This document shows positions 26,456 to 37,900 of a stretch of 64,000 nt of DNA, piece by piece. Both the position numbers and the translations under genes were made by a program. The DNA comes from Macrostomum hystrix (Eukaryota; Animalia; Platyhelminthes). The notes under the pieces were generated by a model, which made no database searches, had not been told where the DNA came from, and was given only the letters and a program-made list of their open reading frames with translations. The stretch spans positions 558,001 through 622,000 of the forward strand of contig CATNEN010000012.1 of assembly GCA_950097015.1 (NCBI GenBank), read 5' to 3'. Within the stretch, counting starts at the first letter, position 1. Each line of letters starts with the position of its first letter.

Positions 26456-27353
26456 CAGGGGTCGGCAAACTCCGGCCCGCGGGCCAGATGCGGCCCTCGA
26501 AGCTCCCAAATCCGGCCCGTTGCCCCTTCTGACATCTACAGTGTCCTGTTTCATCTTTCTCGGTCTAATCCCTCCCGTGTCTCATCTCTCCAGTGTCTTA
26601 TCTCTCCACTGTCTTATCTTACCCGTGTCTCATCTCTCCAGTGTCTCATCTCTCCAGTGTCTCATCTCTCCCGTGTCTCATCTCTCCAGTGTCTCATCTC
26701 TCCCGTGTCTCATCTCTCCCGTGTCCCATCTCTTCCGTGTCTCATCTCTCCCGTGTCTCATCTCTCCCGTGTCTCATCTCTCCACTGTCTTATCTTACCC
26801 GTGTCTCATCTCTCCAGTGTCTCATCTCTCCAGTGTCTCATCTCTCCCGTGTCTCATCTCTCCCGTGTCTCATCTCTTCCGTGTCTCATCTCTCCCGTGT
26901 CTCATCTCTCCAGTGTCTCATCTCTCCACTGTCTTATCTTACCCGTGTCTCATCTCTCCAGTGTCTCATCTCTTCCGTGTCTCATCTCTCCCGTGTCTCA
27001 TCTCTTCCGTGTCTCATCTCTTCTGTGTCTCATCTCTCCCGTGTCTCATCTCTTCTGTGTCTCATCTCTCCCGTGTCTAATCTCTTCCGTGTCTCATCTC
27101 TCCCGTGTCTCATCTCTCCCGTGTCTCATCTCTTCTGTGTCTCATCTCTCCCGTGTCTAATCTCTCCTGTGTCTCATCTCTCCCGTGTCTAATCTCTCCC
27201 CTGTCTCATCTCTCCCGTGTCTAATCTCTCGCGTGTCTAATCTCTCCCGTGTCTTATCTCTCCCCTATCTCATATTTATACAGTCAATGCGGCCCGCTGT
27301 CGTCTTTTAGGTTCTCTCTTTGGCCCGCCAGCAAATAAGTTTGCCTACCCCTG
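26456..27353. mobile_element. hAT (Charlie/Buster-like) MITE nested in Helitron unit 1
   Basis: TIRs CAGGGGTCGGCAAAC / GTTTGCCTACCCCTG (1 mismatch); 8-bp TSD CCCTAGAC / CCCTTGAC. The empty site CCCCTAGACTGTCTACTGG is present in the other 5' modules. Confidence 0.9.
26540..27270. repeat. 16-bp minisatellite (GTGTCTCATCTCTCCC) inside the hAT MITE
   Basis: Direct inspection. Confidence 0.93.
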
Positions 27354-28021
27354 CCCTTGACTGTCTACTGGCCCCCAAGCAGCACTGAGACTGAGTGCGT
27401 GCGTGTGAAAACTCTGTGTGTGTGTGTGCAACCTTTTGTCTTTATAGACGCCGAAACCGCTCAACCAAATCGCACCAAACTTTGCACATACCTAAAACCA
27501 CCTACGCTGAGTGCAATAGGCTACTCAAATTCCCGAAAAATCATTTCCTTCCTGCTCAAAAGTGCAAAAAGCTGCTCAAAAATCGTCAAAAAATCACTCA
27601 ATTCGACATATCGTCGCCCCACTTTGTTAGATTTTCTCCAAATTTGATCCACTTACACTTTACATGTTTTCCAACAATGCTGTCAATTTTGAACATCTCT
27701 ACTCAATCCAGAGCAAAGCTGCATCATCTCAAAGTGAGTCACTTTTTGTTTTCCGAGGACAGCCACCCCAACTCCCCTCCGCCACTCTGCGGGCCAAATT
27801 TTATTACAGCCACCCCCTCCCTTCCCCGGGCGCCGAAGCCCCAGACTGTACATTGTATTTCAAGCCGTGAATGTACACAGCCCAAACCCCTAGACTGTCT
27901 ACTGGCCCCCAAGCAGCACTGAGACTGAGTGCGGTGAGTGCGGTGGCGTCCCAGTGCGCAGGGCTCTCCGGTCGATATTTCTCTCCAGCCAGCCTGGGAT
28001 AGAAGAAAGAGAGAGGCTGGC

Positions 28022-28630
28022 GTTGACTGGCTGTCAGAGAGGGCAATTCTGTGTCCTAGAAATGATGCCGCCAACGAAATTAACTACCAACTGCTTCAGG
28101 AGTTGCCAGGTGCAGTTTTCACCTACAAGTCAATTGATACAACGTTGACTGATGACACCGCTGTGGAGTATCCTGTTGAGTTTCTGAACTCTCTAGATCC
28201 TCCTGGAACTCCATCGCACAACTTGCAGCTGAAAGTTGGGGCACCAATTATGCTCCTCCGCAACCTGAATGCGCCAAGGCTGTGTAACGGCACCAGACTG
28301 ATAGTCAGGCGGCTCTTCCCACACGTGATTGAGGCCACGATAATGACTGGATCTGGCAGAGGAGAGTCTGTGTTCGTTCCCCGGATTCCAATTATCCCCA
28401 CGGACCTGCCATTTCAGTTCAAGCGACTGCAGTTCCCTGTGAGAGTGTGCTTTGCAATGACTATTAACAAGGCTCAGGGACAGTCGCTGAAGGTGGCTGG
28501 CATCATGCTCCTTGCTTCTCGCATGGGCAGCTTTATGTCGCCTGCTCCCGTGTTGGAACTCCAGCTGGCCTATTCATTTTCGCACCAAGGGGAAGAACGA
28601 AGAATGTGGTGTATCCCCAGGCCTTGAGGT
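28022..28630 (+). pseudogene. Helitron Pif1-helicase C-terminal fragment, frameshifted (unit 1)
   Basis: Identical to the helicase of units 2 and 3 from VDWLSERAILCPRN, but ACCTGGAGA is replaced by TG near 28505 (net -7 nt). Confidence 0.9.
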
Positions 28631-28784
28631 GACTCGCAAGCAATTAATAGAAAAGTAGTCACGAATTGACCTTGACCTGTCTAACTCTGAACTCTGAAGC
28701 AGTTTAATTTTGTTTCTTTGACATTGTTATTGTTATGCCATGGCTATTTTCTTTATGTATACGCGTGTACATGCATACTGTATA

Positions 28785-29157
28785 CAGAGGCAGATTTAGG
28801 GGGGGGGCGGGGGGGCAGTCGCCCCCCTAAATTTTAATCATGGGAATAAGATGCCCCCACCAGAAATTTTCGGTCGCTGGCGCCCCTTTTCGGTCGCTGG
28901 CGCCCCTTTTTCAGCCGCTGGCTCCCGTTTTTCAGCCGCTGGCGCCCTTTCTTGGCTCCTGGCGCCCTTTTTCGGCCGCTGGCGCCCCTTTTTCAGCCGC
29001 TGGCTCCCCTTTTTCAGCCGCTGGCTCCCGTTTTTCAGCCGCTGGCGCCCTTTCTTGGCTCCTGGCGCCCTTTTTCGGCCGCTGGCACCCCCTCTGTGAT
29101 TCTCATGGCGCTCCCCTGACACACCGCCCCAAAACAAAATTCCTGGATCTGCCACTG
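28785..29157. mobile_element. hAT-like MITE, copy in Helitron unit 1
   Basis: TIRs CAGAGGCAGATTTAGG / CCTGGATCTGCCACTG; perfect 8-bp TSD ACTGTATA; internal GC-rich CCGCTGGCGCCCC repeats. Confidence 0.88.
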
Positions 29158-30042
29158 ACTGTATAGAGGAGTGGCTAAGAGACATGTTTCTAAAGAAGTA
29201 ATCAAGAGGGGGCTGTTTGGACAAACTTTTCACTTATTTTTTACTTAAAACGCCCTTAAACAAACTCTTCACTTTTCATTAATGCAGTAAATAAATAAAT
29301 GGTGACCTTCACTATAAAGTTATTACAGAGACGTGAATTGCTTACTGCTTTGCTTTAAATTTCTGCCCCAAAAACAACGGGCAAAAAAAGCTAGTCTATA
29401 TATATAAAAGTGAAAACTCTGTCTGTGTGTGTGTGTGTCTGTCTGTGTGTGTGCAACCTTTTGTCTTTATAGACGCCGAAACCGCTCAACCAAATCGCAC
29501 CAAACTTTGCACATACCTAAAACCACCTACGCTGAGTGCAATAGGCTACTCAAATTCCCGAAAAATCATTTCCTTCCTGCTCAAAAGTGCAAAAAACTGC
29601 TCAAAAATCGTCAAAAAATCACTCAATTCGACATATCGTCGCCCCACTTTGTCAGATTTTCTCCAAATTTGATCCACTTACACTTTACATGTTTTCCGAC
29701 AATGCTGACAATTTTGAACATCTCTACTCAATCCAGAGCAAAGCTGCATCATCTCAAAGTGAGTCACTTTTTGTTTTCCGAGGACAGCCACCCCAACTCC
29801 CCTCCGCCACTCTGCGGGCCAAATTTTATTACAGCCACCCCCTCCCTTCCCCGGGCGCCGAAGCCCCAGACTGTACATTGTATTTCAAGCCGTGAATGTG
29901 CACAGCCCAAACCCCTAGACTGTCTACTGGCCCCCAAGCAGCACTGAGACTGAGTGCGGTGAGTGCGGTGGCGTCCCAGTGCGCAGGGCGATATTTCTCT
30001 CCAGCCAGCCTGGGATAGAAGAGAGAGGCTGGCGATCAACTG

Positions 30043-30999
30043 ATGGGTGGTGTCACTCTGCTGCTGTCTGGAGACTTTAGACAGACGCTGCCTGTGATTC
30101 CGCGTGGCACTCCTGCTGATGAGATTAATGCTTGCCTAAAATCATCTCACCTGTGGCCATCGGTTGTGAAGTTGCACCTACGAACAAACATGAGAGCTAC
30201 AATTCAAGGAGACGAAACAGCTCATGAGTTCTCTGCCAATCTATTGCGAATCGGCAATGGTCTGCTGGAGATTAGCACCGAGGATGGGCAGTCATCGATC
30301 GCTACAATCGGAACCATTGTGCAGTCAGTGCAGGAGCTCAAGGCAAAAGTTTACCCGAACCTGATGGTTCGATATGCTGACGTTGACTGGCTGTCAGAGA
30401 GGGCAATTCTGTGTCCTAGAAATGATGCCGCCAACGAAATTAACTACCAACTGCTTCAGGAGTTGCCAGGTGCAGTTTTCACCTACAAGTCAATTGATAC
30501 AACGTTGACTGATGACACCGCTGTGGAGTATCCTGTTGAGTTTCTGAACTCTCTAGATCCTCCTGCAACTCCATCGCACAACTTGCAGCTGAAAGTTGGG
30601 GCACCAATTATGCTCCTCCGCAACCTGAATGCGCCAAGGCTGTGTAACGGCACCAGACTGATAGTCAGGCGGCTCTTCCCACACGTGATTGAGGCCACGA
30701 TAATGACTGGATCTGGCAGAGGAGAGTCTGTGTTCGTTCCCCGGATTCCAATTATCCCCACGGACCTGCCATTTCAGTTCAAGCGACTGCAGTTCCCTGT
30801 GAGAGTGTGCTTTGCAATGACTATTAACAAGGCTCAGGGACAGTCGCTGAAGGTGGCTGGCATCAACCTGGAGACTCCTTGCTTCTCGCATGGGCAGCTT
30901 TATGTCGCCTGCTCCCGTGTTGGAACTCCAGCTGGCCTATTCATTTTCGCACCAAGGGGAAGAACGAAGAATGTGGTGTATCCCCAGGCCTTGAGGTGA
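30043..30999 (+). pseudogene. Helitron Pif1-helicase C-terminal half (318 aa open frame, no Rep or Walker A), unit 2
   Basis: Motifs LSGDFRQTLPV, AILCPRN, KVGAPIMLLRNL, LCNGTRL, FAMTINKAQGQSL, FSHGQLYVACSRV. Confidence 0.92.
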
Positions 31000-31151
31000 C
31001 TCGCAAGCAATTAATAGAAAAGTAGTCACGAATTGACCTTGACCTGTCTAACTCTGAACTCTGAAACAGTTTAATTTTGTTTCTTTGACATTGTTATTGT
31101 TATGCCATGGCTATTTTCCTTATGTATACGCGTGTACATGCATACTGTATA

Positions 31152-31425
31152 CAGAGGCAGATTTAGGGGGGGGCGGGGGGCAGTCGCCCCCCCCAAAATT
31201 TTAATCATGGGAATAAGATGCCCCCACCAGGGGCGCCAGTCGCAGCACTGGCGCCCCTTTTCGGCCGCTGGCGCCCCTTTTTCAGCCGCTGGCTCCCGTT
31301 TTTCAGCCGCTGGCGCCCTTTCTTGGCTCCTGGCGCCCTTTTTCGGCCGCTGGCACCCCCTCTGTGATTCTCATGGCGCTCCCCTGACAGACCGCCCCAA
31401 AACAAAATTCCTGGATCTGCCACTG
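31152..31425. mobile_element. hAT-like MITE, copy in Helitron unit 2 (274 bp)
   Basis: Same TIRs; TSD ACTGTATA / ACTGCATA. Confidence 0.87.
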
Positions 31426-31695
31426 ACTGCATAGAGGAGTGGCTAAGAGACATGTTTCTAAAGAAGTAATCAAGAGGGGGCTGTTTGGACAAACTTTTCA
31501 CATATTTTTTACTTAAAACGCCCTTAAACAAACTCTTCACTTTTCATTAATGCAGTAAATAAATAAATGGTGACCTTCACTATAAAGTTAATACAGAGAC
31601 GTGAATTACTTACTGCTTTGCTTTAAATTTCTGCCCCAAAAGCAACGGGCAAAAAAAGCTAGTCTATATATATAAAAGTGAAAACTCTGTCTGTC

Positions 31696-31727
<32 letters not shown>

Positions 31728-32492
31728 CAACCTTTTGTCTTTATAGACGCCGAAACCGCTCAACCAAATCGCACCAAACTTTGCACATACCTAAAACCAC
31801 CTACGCTGAGTACAATAGGCTACTCAAATTCCCGAAAAATCATTTCCTTCCTGCTCAAAAGTGCAAAAAACTGCTCAAAAATCGTCAAAAAATCACTCAA
31901 TTCGACATATCGTCGTCCCACTTTGTCAGATTTTCTCCAAATTAGATCCACTTACACTTTACATGTTTTCCAACAATGCTGTCAAATTTGAACATCTCTA
32001 CTCAATCCAGAGCAAAGCTGCATCATCTCAAAGTGAGTCACTTTTTGTTTTCCGAGGACAGCCACCCCAACTCCCCTCCGCCACTCTGCGGGCCAAATTT
32101 TATTACAGCCACCCCCTCCCTTCCCCGGGCGCCGAAGCCCCAGACTGTACATTGTATTTCAAGCCGTGAATGTACATAGCCCAAACCCCTAGACTGACTA
32201 CTGGCCCCCAAGCAGCACTGAGACTGAGTGCGGTGAGTGCGGTGGCGTCCCAGTGCGCAGGGCTCTCCGGTCAATATTTCTCTCCTGCCAGCCTGGGATA
32301 AGAAGAAAGAGAGAGTCTGGCGTACAGTGCTTTGCTAAAATATACATAGGCTTAGCCTCTCCCACTGAACAGAAGAGAAAGATTTTTCAACACAGGTCCC
32401 CTGTCATTCGGGGAATTTCGGACTACTTCTAACTTTCGGATGCCACCTAAGAAAAGTTTTTTAAGTCGCTTGACTCTTGGTCAAGCGACCTG

Positions 32493-33128
32493 ATGGTTCG
32501 ATATGCTGACGTTGACTGGCTGTCAGAGAGGGCAATTCTGTGTCCTAGAAATGATGCCGCCAACGAAATTAACTACCAACTGCTTCAGGAGTTGCCAGGT
32601 GCAGTTTTCACCTACAAGTCAATTGATACAACGTTGACTGATGACACCGCTGTGGAGTATCCTGTTGAGTTTCTGAACTCTCTAGATCCTCCTGGAACTC
32701 CATCGCACAACTTGCAGCTGAAAGTTGGGGCACCAATTATGCTCCTCCGCAACCTGAATGCGCCAAGGCTGTGTAACGGCACCAGACTGATAGTCAGGCG
32801 GCTCTTCCCACACGTGATTGAGGCCACGATAATGACTGGATCTGGCAGAGGAGAGTCTGTGTTCGTTCCCCGGATTCCAATTATCCCCACGGACCTGCCA
32901 TTTCAGTTCAAGCGACTGCAGTTCCCTGTGAGAGTGTGCTTTGCAATGACTATTAACAAGGCTCAGGGACAGTCGCTGAAGGTGGCTGGCATCAACCTGG
33001 AGACTCCTTGCTTCTCGCATGGGCAGCTTTATGTCGCCTGCTCCCGTGTTGGAACTCCAGCTGGCCTATTCATTTTCGCACCAAGGGGAAGAACGAAGAA
33101 TGTGGTGTATCCCCAGGCCTTGAGGTGA
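32493..33128 (+). pseudogene. Helitron Pif1-helicase C-terminal fragment (211 aa), unit 3
   Basis: Near-identical to the unit 2 helicase from MVRYADVDW onwards. Confidence 0.92.
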
Positions 33129-33280
33129 CTCGCAAGCAATTAATAGAAAAGTAGTCACGAATTGACCTTGACCTGTCTAACTCTGAACTCTGAAACAGTT
33201 TAATTTTGTTTCTTTGACATTGTTATTGTTATGCCATGGCTATTTTCCTTATGTATACGCGTGTACATGCATACTGTATA

Positions 33281-33637
33281 CAGAGGCAGATTTAGGGGGG
33301 GGGCGGGGGGGCAGTCGCCCCCCTAAATTTTAATCATGGGAATAAGATGCCCCCACCAGGGGCGCCAGTCGCAGCACTGGCGCCCCTTTTTCGGACGCTG
33401 GCGCCCCTTTTTCAGCCGCTGGCTCCCGTTTTTCAGCCGCTGGCGCCCTTTCTTGGCTCCTGGCGCCCTTTTTCGGCCGCTGGCGCCCCTTTTTCAGCCG
33501 CTGGCTCCCGTTTTTCAGCCACTGGCGCCCTTTCTTGGCTCCTGGCGCCCTTTTTCGGCCGCTGGCACCCCCTCTGTGATTCTCATGGCGCTCCCCTGAC
33601 AGACCGCCCCAAAACAAAATTCCTGGATCTGCCACTG
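33281..33637. mobile_element. hAT-like MITE, copy in Helitron unit 3 (357 bp)
   Basis: Same TIRs; perfect TSD ACTGTATA. Confidence 0.88.
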
Positions 33638-34564
33638 ACTGTATAGAGGAGTGGCTAAGAGACATGTTTCTAAAGAAGTAATCAAGAGGGGGCTGTTTGG
33701 ACAAACTTTTCACTTATTTTTTACTTAAAACGCCCTTAAACAAACTCTTCACTTTTCATTCATGCAGTAAATAAATAGATGGTGACCTTCACTATAAAGT
33801 TAATACAGAGACGTGAATTGCTTACTGCTTTGCTTTAAATTTCTGCCCCAAAAACAACGGGCAAAAAAAGCTAGTAAAATATAAGTAAAAATGAATTAGC
33901 AGAAATTTTATTTGAACATATGGTAATATTATTATTCAAGGCACACTACACTTAGCTTCTGGATTCTTATGTTATGGTTATAAATTTAATGTAAGAGTTG
34001 CCTTTACAAATGGATAAATTATTATATTTATTGTTCCTAACCAAATGAAGACATAATGAGTAGTCAAAGTCAAATTTCTATACCATAGTTATGTTTAATC
34101 TAAACTAGCATCTTATTACTAGCTACCACTCTTATTATTGTTAAGATTGTCCTGGATTGGTCTGTTCTGCTCATTCAAAATAATTGAATTTCAAACTACT
34201 ATTTTTCATACTTTATTTGTTTAAATAGTTAGCCAACTTTGCAATGAAGCAGTTAAGTTTACATTTAATAATGACTTCAAAAAATATTATAAACCCATAG
34301 CCCTAGTAATTTTGATAATTTATAGGGTACTGAATGGATAAGTAAGATCTGGAATGGTGAATTTGATATTCTGATAGCTAATAAAATGACTGCAGATTTT
34401 TTTATTAAAATTTGTGACAAGCATCTAGCCTTTTTGGGCAAGACATCTTGCCAGTGGATAGCTGCAGCTATATCCTTGTATTTCCTAAAGCTGTTTAGCT
34501 AATATTTTTCTGTCTATTGAGTGTGGGTCTTCACAATGACTCAAATTTCTACCACAGCTAATGC

Positions 34565-34700
34565 TTGTAGCCATTTTATTGATGAGTGAACTGATGGGAT
34601 TAAGGGTTAAAGTATCTTGCTCAACAACACTAATAATATTCCTTGGACTGAGTTCTGATCTCCCAACCACAAAGACAGAAATCCAGATCTCTAGCCCATT
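34565..34700 (-). mobile_element. Degenerate CORE-SINE-like fragment
   Basis: The minus strand reads GTGTTGTTGAGCAAGATACTTTAACCC...CATCAATAAAATGG, resembling the CORE domain and the copy at 60553-60686. Confidence 0.4.
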
Positions 34701-34974
34701 TAATCTAACTAGTTATATATATTGGTTATAAGTCACTTATTTGTTTGTCCAACTGTATTCCTTCTTCAGTTTCTCAGAAACACAAGCTGACATATTGGAT
34801 TGAGGTTTCAATCAGCAGTGATTACAGACATCTCCCAGCAACTCAGCCAGCCAACACAGCTGCACAGTGGGTTGCACGGCATCTGCTGCTTCCAACTCGC
34901 CTCGGGGCGGCCAGTCGATCGTTGGCGACGCGCCTCAGTTGTTGCCACAGCCGTCAGCTGACATTGTCGACCCG

Positions 34975-37900
34975 ATGTCTGGCCTACAGCCACCCTCGCA
35001 GCCGACCCTGTCGCTTCGTGGCAATGCCACTGGCAGCTTGCGCAACAAGACGGCCCTGCGGCCGGGCCACTCCCTGATGGACTGGGTGCGGCTGTGCAAC
35101 TCGGGTCGCGACATGCTGGGCGGCGCCAGACCGCACGGCGTCTCACCCGCTGAGCTGGCCGAGCACGCCAAACCCGGCGACTGTTGGATGGCGCTCAACG
35201 GCCAGGTTAGTCGCTGATACTGGATTCCTGAATCAGGACTGGCTGGCGTTTTTGATCCTCACATCAGCCTTCACCTTCCCAGATCCTTGGGTTATAATAT
35301 AGCATTTTGCATTTAACTTTTGCATCGTGACCAGAAATAGCCAAATCCTCTACTCTTTGCATTTAGTTCAGAAGTTTTGCGTCCAATTCTATAAGTTCAG
35401 ATTTCAGAGAGTGCAAAAAGGATTTGTTTACCTAAACAAAGGATAGATTCACAGTTAAGGCTTTTGAGCTGCGCGCTCTTGTGCCATAGACAATTAACGC
35501 ACGTAAAAAGCCTTGTTTGAGCCAATTATTTCCTCCGATAATATATTTCCTCCGATTCCTCCGATAATAAGAGCAAATTCCTGCAGAACAACTGGCTGAC
35601 TCAGTTGGCGCTTCACTGCAGCCTTGAACGCACTGTGTGCCAGCTCCACTGGGTTCAGGAATGGTGAGTATGGCGGCAAGGTGCGGAAGCTGATGCGACC
35701 TTCAAATTCCAGCCCCTGGTGAAACCGAGCCCCATCCAGCAGAATCACACACTGATGGCCTTCTGACAGATGAGCAGCAACGCTCTGGCAGATTCGAGGG
35801 ACCAAAATCTGCACGTGCTCACGGTTCACAGAACCGATCTCAGGGCTATACTCCACCAAGCCTTCAGGATCTTCTGAGAACTGCCTTTCCTCGCACTCGA
35901 AGTATTCCAGCGGTTCTCCGCGCTGCCAAGCCTGGATGACAAGATCTCTTTTGTCTCTGGATATCGTTGCATACTGCCGATGCTCCATGTTAAACTGTTA
36001 GATTTTAACAGAGAAGACTCAGTGCTGCTAAACTCTCTCCCTCTGTGATCTCTGTCAAATTAACGAGCAGTCAAGCTGCTTCTACCATAGACAGCTGCCA
36101 CGAGCTGAGGATTTCCAGTAAGAAAGAAGTTCCAGTCAATCCGGTTGCATGCCGAAATTGATTGCCCGCTGTCGAATTTGAAAGCCCGTCTGTGCATTTT
36201 CTGGCCATAGACACCAATGGGAGGGGAAGGGAGACTGACACATAGACCCTTGCCGAATTTGAAAGCCCGTCTGTGCATTTTCTGGCCATAGACACCAATG
36301 GGAGGGGATGGGAGAGTGACACATAGACCCTTGCCGAAATTGAAAGCCCGTCTGTGCATTTTCTGGCCATAGACACCAATGGGAGGGGATGGGAGACTGA
36401 CACATAGACCCTTGCCGAAATTGAAAGCCCGTCTGTGCATTTTCTGGCCATAGACACCAATGGGACGGGATGGGAGACTGACTCATAGACCCTTGCCGAA
36501 ATTGAAAGCACGTCTGTGCATTTTCTGGCCATAGACACCAATGGGAGGGGATGGGAGACTGACACATAGACCCTTGCCGAAATTGAAAGCCCGTCTGTGC
36601 ATTTTCTGGCCATAGACACCAATGGGAGGGGAAGGGAGACTGACACATAGACCCTTGCCGAATTTGAAAGCCCGTCTGAGCATTTTCTGGCCATAGACAC
36701 CAATGGGAGGGGATGGGAGACTGACACATAGACCCTTGCCGAAATTGAAAGCCCGTCTGTGCATTTTCTGGCCATAGACACCAATGGGAGGGGAAGGGAG
36801 ACTGACACATAGACCCTTGCCGAATTTGAAAGCCCGTCTGTGCATTTTCTGGCCATAGACACCAATGGGAGGGGAAGGGAGACTGACACATAGACCCTTG
36901 CCGAAATTGAAAGCCCGTCTGTGCATTTTCTGGCCATAGACACCAATGGGAGGGGAAGGGAGACTGACACATAGACCCTTGCCGAAATTGAAAGCCCGTC
37001 TGTGCATTTTCTGGCCATAGACACCAATGGGAGGGGAAGGGAGACTGACACATAGACCCTTGCCGAAATTGAAAGCCCGCTGTCCAAAATTGAACGCAAA
37101 AAGCTAAACGCAGAACGCAAAATACATTCATGAACGCTCGACCAGATGATAATGTGACGCCCAGCACAGACAAGAGCGAGAAAACAGGAAAAGTTACAAA
37201 CGTATTTCGAACTGTCGGCGAATGTTGTACGCAGCCTTTAGTTTGACCCCACACGTGTCAGCAATCTCGCGGATTTGAGTTCCTCCCTCAATCGCTCTAA
37301 TGACCAGTTCGTATCGCTCGTTGGAGATCTTTTCGTGGGCCATAGGAGTTTGGGTTTGAGCACCGAAATCTTAAGGCACAGAATAGCTTTTGCAGAATGT
37401 CCTATGGGCTTGTTTTGCTAACCTTTAAATTCTCTCTTTCTTCATTTCTCGGTGTACATGTTTATTTATTAGTTAGGTTAGTTCTGGGTTTGGATAGGGT
37501 GTTCACAGATATTCCTATCCATCCTTTACACTTTCCCTTCCTTACTGGGCCCGATTTCATAAAAAACCTACAAGCGACAAGTGACAATTTGACAAGTTAC
37601 AAGCAACAAGCGACAAGTGACAACGATTTCGGTTTCATAAACCGAAGCTCGCCCTTCGTGTTAAAAATAGATCGTATCTGGTGTCTATGGGCAAACTGTG
37701 AGAAATCGATCCATTTTTGTGGAGACACTTGTGTTGCCTCTTTAGTCTATGGTCCAAAGCCAAACTCCCGGCGGAACTCGAAAATCTGCTTCACTTTTTA
37801 AAGCTACGTTATCATTCTATCACAGTATACTAAATATTCTCTGATCGCAAGTCATTATATATTTATAAAGTGTTCTTACTGTTTGATTATGAAGGAGAAA

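Larger units (their letters stand above)
25930..33874 (+). mobile_element. Head-to-tail array of three non-autonomous Helitrons (25930-29394, 29395-31662, 31663-33874)
   Basis: Each unit starts TCTATATATATAAAAGTGAAAACTC and ends with a hairpin (TGCCCC-AAAA(A/G)CAAC-GGGCA) plus CTAG. Junctions are CTAG|TC with no spacer. The whole array sits between A25929 and T33875 with no TSD. Confidence 0.93.

Noticed and set aside
25962-27922. Repeated ORFs MCVSVC...FCLYRRRNRSTKSH in the Helitron 5' modules
   Set aside because: They start in the (TG)n microsatellite, differ in frame and stops between copies, and have no recognisable domain.
34867-34974. GTG-initiated N-terminal extension of CYB5R4
   Set aside because: The ATG at 34975 gives a length matching known CYB5R4 N-termini and follows an acceptor-like AG at 34949-34950.
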